Assembly: GCA_002633005.1 (NCBI GenBank)
Contig: NMRA01000159.1
Location: 361,109-425,108 of the forward strand
Length of the DNA stretch: 64,000 nucleotides
Reading direction: 5' to 3'
Source: Phoronis australis
Lineage: Eukaryota > Animalia > Phoronida
The position numbers and the translations under genes were made by a program. Under the pieces are notes generated by a model. It searched no databases and was not told the DNA's origin. It saw nothing but the letters and a program-made list of their open reading frames with translations. Below, in pieces: positions 49,301 to 61,300 of this stretch (the stretch's first letter is position 1; each line of letters starts with the position of its first letter).

Positions 49301-52300
49301 GTTCTCCTAATATGTTCATTTGCCTCATTTAGATTGGAGTGAAGGACAAAGACAACCGAAGGATTCCAATGTGCCGATCCACAAACGATCCACACATGAC
49401 CACTTTCGATGGAGTGTAAGTACAGGTAGCCAGCGATGCTTTTGGGCTAACCGTGACAGTTTTGTCAGCATTGATATATCATATGGTAGCTGAACATAAG
49501 TGCAAAAGTATTTGTCGTTCCTTCAGGCGTCACGTAGTATTTCGTTGATTTCTTGATTGGCGTCATACATTGGGTATTTTTCCTTTACAGATCCTACGAA
49601 CACCATCTCGAGGGATACTTTGTGCTTTATCGACACAAGACATATCCATTTGAGGTAGTGTGTGATATACACTGTACCAATAGCTCTTCATCTCTCAAAT
49701 ACAGCACTTAATAATAATTATTTAAAATTTCTTCTGTGCCTGTAATCTCGAATTTTCTCAATGAACCGAATTTTTGTTTTAGGCAATGAAATTGGTCTCA
49801 AAATGTCCTCTAGTCAGATGAGTAGCGTATCTGGGTATGCAAAGAGCCTGAGATTAAGCTCCGCCCAAAAAATTACACGCCGTGATAAGTCAACTTGTAG
49901 AGCCGGATGTCAAACAATAAAATACAGCTAGTTATGTCGCAGTCCTGAAATGAACCCCAATTTGGCTAAGGAATAATTGGAAACCAATTTCATAACGTCA
50001 AATGGCCTACCTTTGTTATTGTTTTTGGTTTGGATGGTGGGCTCATAGACGCTTTAATTCTTTCTCTCCCACTTAAACCCAAAATCAGGCTGACAAGTAG
50101 AAAGTGGTTAGGTTAGATTCCTCAAAAATGTTTCATTATACGAAATCTGACTTCTTCATTAGCATGATAGAAACTGTGACGTCATCTCGGTAGCTATTAC
50201 ATCTACGTTGGTCGTATGATTCTTCAACGATGTCGCTGTTGGCGTATCTTAACGGGCTGAGAACTGCTCTGCGTCTTGTGAATAAACAACTAGAAATTTG
50301 CAGAAATTACTGTGTGAAATTAGATTGATACGGCTTATTCGATTCTTAACCGTCATGCACATGTTCATGTTCAGTGATGGAAGTCTAGGGTAATGACATG
50401 GCACGAAAAAATTACCGCAAACCTCGAATGGTGTTTTGGGACGTTTGCACAGTTGCATAAAGCCGAATTTCACAGCGTGCAAGACTGCATCGTCCCATCT
50501 TATTATACAAAGACTATGCATAATTGGCTCAACCACCTATGTCATTTTTCTCGTTGTCTTCTTTCACAAACTAGGTCCATGCACATTACAAGCCTTGCAA
50601 CAAAGGACGCTTCCCAATGTGCAATTGCGCTGTAGGTATCCTTTCCGCTAATGATGTCATCGTGTTTGACAAATGTGGTCGGGGAACAATTGACGTCACT
50701 TCCTGGGAACTTGGACGCAACAGAATGCGAGTAGCTGTGCGAAGCGCTGGACTTAACAGGGGAACTCGGATACTCAGGGAAAATGGTGGAAAAAAATACA
50801 GGGTAAGATGAAAATGGAAAACAAGTCCAAGAAACAGTTAATTAAATACTGTTAATATAACGATTTATTTTTGTGCATAAACTTTTATGGCCAAATCGCT
50901 TTAGGAAACCAGATAAATGTTGGAGTTTCAAATCGCAAGACTCGGGATTTTTTTTTCAAAATGTATGGGGTGAGCTCTAGGAAAACCCGTTTTCCATGTA
51001 GCTTTCGGACGCTAATAATTGATGAAAATTCTCCATGATTCACCTGTCAGTGTTTGTTTATTAGTAAAAACTGCTTTTCTTGTACTTAGCTCAGACAGGC
51101 ACACAACAGATGACATTGGGCTCAGTAGATTTACTGGTGTTGAAGCGTCCCTTGGTAAATGGATGCGGTGTTGTCATATTGATACTGGTTAAGTACGTCA
51201 TGCCATGTGTGGCCAAAGCCACATGTACATGAGTTAAGCGACTAGAAATGTTAGACATTGTCCTTTAAGCTTTTCCAGTGTTGTGCTTGGTTTTGTGTTC
51301 CTAGGTTCAATTACCAACAGGTGGCGAGGTTATCGTGGACGATTCCTATAGCACGTTTATCAATCTTTATGTTGTGGCTTCGGTCATGGACAGGGGCGAA
51401 AGTGAAGGTTTGTGCAGTTCGTTCGATGAAAACTGCGCAAACGACCTCATCCCACGCCACCAAACTTTGCTTCCTCCTGGTTACAGCACCAACTGCGGCC
51501 GAGCAGGCACGCGATATCCTCTGGCATTTTCTGAAAGTTGGCGGTACGATATTCTTCTATCAGGCATACAGTGACTGTTCATGGGCTTATGAATATTGGA
51601 ATCATTCAACGGAATTTAAATTGTTAAAAGGAGTATAAGTTCTAGGAAATGGGAACTAAGACTGCACATTTCTCACGCGTATTATACAAAACTCAGTTTT
51701 GCTGCTAGAGTACTGAAATACAGTGTACCAGTCCGCCGAGGACTGCAAAAGTCAAAGACGTCAAGTAAAACACCACCACGATATTCATGCACTGATTTCA
51801 AGTATTCATTACAGTGGCAGATCTAGGATATCACAAAGGGGGGGCAATATTTTGTCTGTAAACATTTGCTCAAACCATGATTGTAGATGCGCATGTAGAT
51901 AGGGGGAGGAAATTTTTCTGTTTTTTCCTCTAAAAATCAAGCGTTTTCCTGTATTCCCGAAGTATTATCCAAGAAAAAAAGGCAAAAAATAAAAACGCGA
52001 AGAAAGTGTCAAATAGGAAAAACTGCTTGTATCACAGACTCGAACTCACGACTGGCGTTTAGAGCGCGCGTACTTAACCACTCCACCACCACGACTTAAC
52101 TCATAATTTGTTACCGTCCACTTGTTTATGGTCCACAGCGTTTGCGCGTGAAACCTCCTTTTTTCGTAATGCTTATTACATGTTTTATATTTTGTGAATC
52201 AGTTCGTAACAAATTTGTTGTATTTAAAATAGTCTTCGATTGCCCAAAAGACCAAATCCGTTTTTTTCTGTTGGCAAAAATGACGCGAGTGATTCAATAA

Positions 52301-55300
52301 GGCTTCGATTAAAATTGACATCTTACTAGAAGCTTCTGTTTTTTCATCATCACTCAGATTCCGTTTTCTTTAAAAAATGAAGCAATTTTCTTCATTGCAC
52401 AGTGGAGCAGACGACGGAAACGGAGTCGTAGTGCCCAGCGCCACTGCCGGTTGCCTGGGATATCGCCGGATAGCCTATACTTATCCATAGTTCCGATACG
52501 ATTGCACCGTGTTCCGAATTTGACACTTGAAATTGGATCTGAGTCCCCCTCCCCCTAAAACTGCACATTTAAATCTTGTTTCAGCCGTGTAATTTTAATT
52601 ACCGGGGTTAATTAATAAACTCAACATTTCCCTACGCTCTTGCTGTTTTATTGTTTGCGGCAGCCAAGGGGGGTGGGGCCTGCCCCCCTAAATCCGCCTA
52701 TGCATTACTCGCTATTTGCTAGTCCCCACCGAGCATAATCTAAACGTCGGTTTCTTTAATCGCTAGAACAGGAACTGTAAGTTTTTCGTACCACTAAATA
52801 CTCGACTGTAGGACATAGCTGCCCATTTAGCGTTCCGATATAATTCATACGAAATTAACAGGGTTTCAGAAGGTATATTCGACTTCGTATCCTAAGAGTT
52901 GAATGGAATTCTGCAAACACTGAAACTTCTATCGGGTAGTTTGATTAAAACCAGGAAGCCGACTTTGAACATGGTGATGTTTGTAGCTCAGTACCAACGG
53001 AACGTTACTACATTGCCGTGTCAAAATGATTTGCACTGTGTTTTTGCTTCCTATAGAATTAACGAAACCGAAAGTTTGTTACACTGGAATTGGAACTTTG
53101 AAGACGACCGCCAATCTTCGTACGACGGCCACGTGTACTGCACATGCGCTGAAGACGACCAGTCCCTCTCTTGCGTTGCCGGAGGCGACGCGCCGAAGTG
53201 TAAACCGCGATATGGGCAAAAGGATGAGACGAATCGGCTCCTTGGAAACGCGCGCCGTCGGAGAAACCTAGCACGCCATGACCACTTCGACTTTTTAGAC
53301 TACGACGAGACTGAATACATGACGGTCACGAAAACCACCAAGAACAAGGTAAGGACTGTGAAAAAGTGTATTTTATTGCGTCTGCACAAACGTCAAGGTC
53401 AAAGGATGGAAAAACTGGTATGTCGCACTTATGGGCACAATTCCTCATTTATAAACACGGATCCGGTAAACTTAGTTCACTGGATCATTAACGGCTCACC
53501 GACCACCAGACTCGGTGCCGGACTCGCCATGCCAACTTTACGAAACCAAAAACCAGCTCCCGATTCGCAATAACGACTCCATGACACTGAGATGGAGTCG
53601 GTGAACGTATGTGTTGTGAGAACAGCAATGTGTGTTGGGGCGGGACAGTCGTTTTTGTGTGTCTGGGCACAAGATTGTGAGTCGGTGGTCTCACTTTAGT
53701 ACGACACCCATGAGCCATGTTTTTGAACAAGAGACTGTATCCATGAGTACGGTATCCCTGTTGTTTCCATCCCTGTTGTTTGTACCCTTGTCCATATGTA
53801 CATACATGTACTACGGGTCCCGATGTCCAGTTTTACTTGATCTCTTTCGGCGGCGAGTATTAAGTTGACCTCGACAACTGTTGGGCTATACTTACGATAC
53901 CCCTTACAGAAAGTTTAATACTGGATTTGATCACCCGTTCAAACAATGAGCTTTTGTGTTTGAGAAGTGTAAGTTGAAATCATTACATGGTAGTGTACAG
54001 CTGAAATACTTTGATTGCAGGAAGTCTCGCTCGATGTTACATGCAATTGTTTTCAGCGAAATGAAGAAATGCAACTGAATTGCAAGAAATAATTTTCACT
54101 TATATTTACAAGAGGCCAATTCTGTAAGAAGGGTTGTGATGTTTTGTCATAATTAGAAACGCAATAGACGAACAACTCGAACGTTTAGCGAAGAAGAAGC
54201 TCTGCGGTACTGCGACAACTACGTTCGGTCGACCAATGTAGCGTTACAGTGCGGGGCGTTGGACATAGACTTCACGGAACCTATTGAATCGTGTGCTCTG
54301 GATTTGGTGGTAAGTTGTGAAGATGTCACCGCAGTTCGAATGTGCAAAATATTGCCGTACAAAGCGTTTAATCAGTGACTTTTGTTTCTTAACGTTATAC
54401 AACAAGTGAAGCACGAATTTTCTAGTTCATATTGTACAGAAAAAAGCTTATTTTGGTTCTGATACGTGCCCATGACATAACTTTGGAGCTACACAAACGA
54501 AGAATAAAAAACACCCGCGTCTCTTCTTGAAAAACAAAATCTTGGTTAAAATCTTGATTACAAAAGCTCAGCTATGAATAATCATCTTAAAATTAATGAA
54601 TATATTGGGAAGGTTTTCTTCATAAGGGAGAGTGAGAAAATGTGAATCCCACTCCTCTGCAGGCAGCAGCACAGCCAATTGTGACACTGCATATGCGAAA
54701 GTTGTTTCAGATGAGTAAAACAAGAGAAAATTTAGGTACCCGGTATTAGGACTTTCTGAACTTAACAATTCTTTTCTGAGTAAAACATTACTTTCAATGG
54801 GACTGCCTCGGCTGATGTAACGATTGAGATGACTGAGACCCAGCACAAACTGCAGGATCTTATTCCCCGTCGTCCTTCTGTGCAGGCAACTGGCGACACA
54901 CAGTGGGCAGTAACGGCACTAGACACTGTTAAACACGAGTGTCTTGCTGAAGTTGACAGAAATACCTCGCTGTGGGTGCAAACACCGACGGCCAATGTGA
55001 CAGTTCCTCCAGTGGCAATAGAGGGCGCGATATGCTATAACGAATGCAGCGGCAACGGGATATGCGACAAAGGTAGGCCAATCTAGCTTGCATACAGCCA
55101 TGCTTACAAAACTTTAAATTTTGAAACCATAAGGTGTCCGAACCCTCTCTCCTCCCCCCGGAAAAACGCCACCTTCTTACAGTTTCCCACCAGATCTTAA
55201 GAACCCTTGTTGTTTTCTAAATTTTTAAGGTTGTGGGTAAGTAAAAAGTGCTCCAAGATGTTAAGGGTACGGTTTAGCAGAAAATCGCTTTGTTTTGAGA

Positions 55301-58300
55301 TTTCTGGAGACCTGGGACATGAATGGTTTCTACTATAACACCAGTCATTTTAGTGTCTCAATTGTAGCTTGTCATTGTCTATCTTTAACACTGATTTGCA
55401 GGCGAGTGTAGCTGTCACCAAGGATACGCTGCGCCCGACTGCTCAGTTGACTTGAATTCCCCACCAGATGTATACTTCACACCTCGTTGTGACGTCAGCA
55501 CAAGGCCGTGTCTCACCAATCCCGTGATCGGAAACGACTTCCTAGAGGGAGATAGTTTGACCTGCCACATAAAGGAAGTCGGTGTAAGCATGCCATTTAG
55601 TTGAATTGAAAATGTGGTGTTTGGGCTTGAGACAGTACTCGGATCGTTATTGCGTGTCACCAACCTCAATAAATTGACTTATGACGACCGGTCATTGCTC
55701 TACGCGCAAGGTCGCAAGTATCACCAAGCTGCCAGTTATTTCGTAGAACCGAGACCATTTTAATTCGCGCAAGTCATACTAGTTTTGTTGCCGAATACCT
55801 GTAATACCTGTAATACCTGTCACGGACAGGATCATTGGGGATATGCTGGTGCATTAATCCCCTCCCCAGACCATCCCCGTGACAGCAGAAGGCGCAGAAC
55901 TCCAGGGCTGACGTTGCCTGTAAGCATTTGATTAGACAGCACTCGGGCACGGCCCTTCTTGTGACTCTTCGCAGCATGGCCATAAATAATACCGGCTTCG
56001 AGCAGGCGGCTGCCATCATTGAACTCAGCCAGCTGGGATGCAGTCTGCTCGTGGTTGCGTTTGCGAGCCAGCAGCTTAACGTCAGCCGAATATAAGTAGA
56101 GGGGTTGGTTGGTGGTGCATGAGCCAGCGAGGTAATCTGCACGCTCATTAATCAAGACACCGGCGTGGCCAGGTACGAAAGACCAGATCACCACATGATG
56201 AGGGTGGCGTGATCGGAAGACACCCCAGTTGGCTGGGAGGTTTCCAGATTGAACTTTCATCAACACTGCCATGGAATCGGTGGCAAAGATAATGGTGTGA
56301 TTCTCCAGGTCTAGGAGTGACAGCTTGGTTAGGGCTCGTTGTATAGCCTCAAACTCCATCCGCGTACTGCTTGTGGATATATGGTGGCAGCCACTACCTT
56401 CCGCAATGACGTTGTTAGCACAGCGTATTTGATAGCCCCATCCCGCACGATTAGTTTCACCATCGAAGGATCCATCAGTTGCTACAATGATGGCATTAAT
56501 ACCGCCAAGATCACGCCATTGCTGACGGCACAATGCTTGGGCTACTCCAGGAGGCCATTCCCGAGCTTCCCTGTTGAAAGCAATGATGACATTCGGTTCC
56601 TCACCAAGTTCTTGTACTGGCAGCCAAGCAGCAACTTGCGCGATCATGTGTTCGCCGATGAGACCCATGGTTGCGTTAACAGCAGCGACAGTCCACGAGC
56701 ACCTGCTAAGTCTTTGGTGGGAGGCATTGCGAAAAGGTCTAGGACGAAGTCCATAAGTTTCTGTTGCAGGGACGGAGTTCACGCACCTGTCAAGTGCAGT
56801 CTTCACTTGACTGTGTAATGGATGGAAGGGGCTTTGAACAGCCTTGGCTACAGTAATACCTTGTAGAAGGGATTGTCTGTCTGCAATGCTGGGAATACCG
56901 ACAAGGTAACGTAATGCTGTGACTGACGTAGTTCTCGTACATCCAGTGATGACGCGAAGACCAATGTTCTGGAGCCTCTCAAGTCTGTTGATTTGATTTT
57001 TACTGATGTTGATCATGGGGAGAGCGTAGTCGAAGATCGAAGTGACCAGGGCTTTATAAAGCATGACGAGGTGCCTTTCCTCCGCCTTCCGACCAGCCGC
57101 AGCCCTAAGGGCATTGATTCCTCTGTTGGCACGGCTGATCATACTGTTAACTTGAGTTGTGAAGTTGAGCCTGCGGTCAAGTTCTACACCCAAGTGACGC
57201 ATGTGGTCAGATGTAGCAATCAACTTCCCATCGTAGGTAGGGCAAGGGAAATCATCAACACTGAGGCGATTGTCCAGAGTACAGAAGAGAGCTTCACATT
57301 TGTCTCCATTGCAGCTCATTCCGCTGGTAGCACAAAACTCGCATATTTTTATCAATGAAGACTGTGCTTTGTGGAGAATCTCATGATGTGTTTGTCCTTG
57401 CGATGACAGCAGCATGTCGTCTGCAAAGGTGCGAAGTCGGCAGTCAGCGCGGTTCAGTCTGGCGAGTGGGAGGGTGTAGATATTGAACAGCACTGGGGAC
57501 AGAGGTGAACCTTGGGGTAAGCCTGTGTTGACAGATACCCATTCTGAACGCCATGTACGATGTTTTAGCATGCATCGCCGGCTGTTGAGGGCACTCATCA
57601 CCCATCTAATGCATCGTACAGGAATACCGAGATGAAGCATGCCATCCGCAAGTTTTGGAAGTTGAACAGAATTGTACGCATCTTCTAGATCAAGGCCAAC
57701 GAGGAGAGTGTTTTCTTTGTTTTCAAAACCTTGCCATATCTCATCCGCAACAGAAGCTGCGTTGGCCCATGAATCTCTACCAGGTCGATAAGCACCCATT
57801 CCTGGGAGGAGCCAGGGTTCAATTAACTTGGTGATTCTTTGCGCCATGATCCTTTCAGGGATTTTTCCAATGACGTTCTGCATCACTATGATGCGATATC
57901 CCTTGAGTGCACGATGGTCTTTTCCAGGTTTTGGTACAGGAATTAAGAAGGCATCTGTCCAGATGTGAGGGATGATTCCAGTGGCCAAACTGACGTTGTA
58001 GGACTTCACAAGCTTGGCCAGCAGAAAGTCAGGCAAAAACTTGAGTGTCAGGACTCTCACGCCATCGGGGCCAGGGACACCCTCTTTGCAAGTTTTGATA
58101 GCCTCCGCAACCTCTGCTGCAGAGAATTGACTGTCCTGTTCAGCTGTCTTGCAAAGTCCATCTAGTTGCCGAAAGTCATTAAAATCACAGGTTATTCAGT
58201 TTCTTTGACGAAACAGGTTTCAATCTACTTCTGTTGTAAATTTACTCCTTCCTTCAATCCTGTTAAACTCAAGTGGACAGGTCTTTGACATCACTATGGT

Positions 58301-61300
58301 TTTTTGTTAGTAACCTACAGTGTACAAGGAGACAATTACGTACACGAGACATTGAGACATACACTTTCCGCTTCATTTTAGTTAAAAACTTCACGAATTT
58401 ATATAAACGAACCTGAAGACCAAATTCTCTTTTCACACAACTCCAAATATTTCAAATTTGATTGAATTTAGTAGGAATAAGTAGTCCGCCGCAATTGATC
58501 CATGCATTATGGGTACTCACTCAGCTGTCGCCATCATATATAATGAGGTTCTCATGCAAACGCCGCCCACTTTACAAAATGAAATATTAATAGTAAAATA
58601 ACGTAAAAAACAGGGCTGATAGTTAAGCAATATTTATATTCTAGTGATAAATTTCAGCTGATGAAAGTTAACTTGTGTTCAAATTGTGAAAGTAGATGAA
58701 AGAGGAGTATCTTCAAAGCAACATAATGTCAGCCATTGTCATTTTTTGAGCTTTGAGAACAGCACAAACAACGTTTCACGTCTAGTTGGACTAGCTTAAG
58801 TGGGTCACACTCCGTTCAGAGATCTATGTCACAGTGTAACCGTACACAAGAAATAGAAATAGCTTTTAATTAAACCAGTTACCAAGAAGTCTTCAATAAT
58901 ATGATGCTGCCATGTGTCCATCGTTCTAGATCAACTCGAATGGGTTATATGTTGGTGTTAATCCTGCTCAAGTCAACACCATGGCTCAGTTTGAAAGCTA
59001 TGGCGAAGTCACATGTCCCTTACCATCCGCTAGTGATCTCACGATGACCCGCAGTCCAGGGGAGGCGCTGGCGTTCAAGGTGTCTGTCAGTAACAACGGA
59101 GTACTAACGAGCAACGAAGTACTAATGGTCATTCACGACTCTCGGTGCCACACTTGCAACATAACCACTGAACGATGCCAGCAAACGGTATGTACTGTTA
59201 AAAAACCATCGCCAATCGTCATTATTCGAACTTCAGTATTTTGTGGACGGTTTCAAGTCAGTCAGCAGGGTAACCCCGTGCCTTTTTTGACATAACACAT
59301 TGCAGAAACCAGTTGTCATTCATTTGAAAACTGAACACTGTGTTTGACCATTTCCTGATGATGATAAAGTACACCAGTCGAAACCTAGAACACGCATTTG
59401 TCTTACTCTTTGTCATTATTTTATTTTTCTACAAAGACCAACTCCTGCATCATCGACGGAGGATGTTACGTCACAGGAACTACGGAACCAACCGACAGCT
59501 GCCGAGTCTGTGATCCCATTCGAAGTCAGTCCAGTTGGTCCCCCAGCACTGGTACGTTTGTTTGAATACACGCAGTCTATCATCTTAATGGCCTGTGTAC
59601 ATTGCAAAGTACAACAAGAAACCTGTGAACACGCTGGTCTTCCCTCATAGCAGCTTTGCTCAGCTAGACCTCAAGTCAAACATATAACCTGGCTATTTTC
59701 GATTTGAAAACTCATAGATTCTCTTCAGTTGGCCACGATTGACAATTCAGCGTATTTTTAAAAAATTGCTTATAATTAAAGACACATTACCGAAATGTAT
59801 TTTGGGCTATTGTTGTTCAATGCATAGACTTTTTGAATTTATTAGCTTTGATAAGAGCTATAAAACGATAAAATTTGTTGTTTTTTGTGATTTTACAACA
59901 AATCACCAATTCCAGCCGTTGTCTGCCAGTCAGTCTCTGAAATCATAAAGGCGGGTGACTGTACTATTACTGTACATTTAAAAATGGCGCTTAAAATACT
60001 CTGCTATGTAACGAGTGAGGTTTAACTCCTCCAGCAGAGCGTCTGACAGCGACCTAAAAAATTCCACGCTCTATACCGCGTTGGCCGGGGCGCTCTGGTC
60101 GATAGTGTCACTTTAATAAGGAAGATGTAACAAGGTTGACTGATTTTCCATTACTTTATTAGGATACCTTCTTTGACAAGTAAGCAATTTTTAATGACCC
60201 TTTCAGCATTAAACATAGACCCATAAAACTATACATTTTTAAAATCCTTTACAATCGCAGAATCAGTCTGTTTATCTCAAACATTTCTAAATCTGCTCAA
60301 CACGCCACCTGTGGCCATATCATCTTCGCTTGTAATACATGTACATGGCAATATCGTGCGAAGTCTTGGGAATTTTGGTTTTCTCGCATGAAACTATGTC
60401 TACGTAACGTGCGTCTGATAATGACGACAAAAACCTCGTGTGATCACGTGCTTCACCAGTAACGGATAACTAAACCTTGAGTAGACTTGCTCCTGATATC
60501 GCCGTAACAGCTTTAATCATTTCAGATGCCTCATGCCTTCCAACGACACCTTCGACAACGGCGACTTGTAAGTACTTAGTAAAAAGATGGCAGAAGGTAA
60601 ACGTAAACAACTTGCTTGGAATCACAGGTGAAATAACGTTTCACAAATTAACAACGATGAAGTATAGTCGGAATACCTATCGTCGTCAGGCTCCAATGGT
60701 CGTCCGCCATCTTCTTTCGCGTGCAGCGCAGCCACGAGGGACTTAGAGTGCTCGTCTGGTACTAACCTCTCGGGAGAAACACGCACGGAAGAACTGAGAC
60801 GAAAATCGGTGCATTTACCGACTGTTTTTTGAGACCACTTAAAAACTTGTAGATTTTACTAATGCATTTTTTTGTTCATTTTCAGAAGATATTTTCGAAA
60901 TTAAATTTTCTTCAGACGGAACAAAAACCAACTCATATATTGTTTATGCAATGTATCTATTTGTCCCAGGCACCAACCGACACCTGTTAGGCCAAAGGAA
61001 AAACGCAGCAGACAAATGCAACATGCTAGGTGCTTAACAGTTTCGGCTCACGCATTCGTCATCAAAATATTGTCCACTTGTTTTTTATTGCAAAACACAG
61101 TACTGAGCTCAACATTTATGTTGAAATTTTTGGTACAGGCATTTTGGATTTATTTGAAGAAAATTAAAATACTTGAATTGATAGAGAGTTGTCACCAATA
61201 AAGTAAAACATTGACTTTATTTCACTATACTGCATTGTTACATACAACGCAACATGACATAATTAAAAATAAAAGAAGAGATTGAGCAATAAAATTCAAA

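Noticed and set aside
52030-52092. Functional tRNA gene
   Set aside because: A and B boxes are present, but acceptor and anticodon stems could not be formed convincingly.
56339-57358. Plus-strand ORFs of 121-159 aa
   Set aside because: Antisense shadows of the LINE RT-RNase H ORF.
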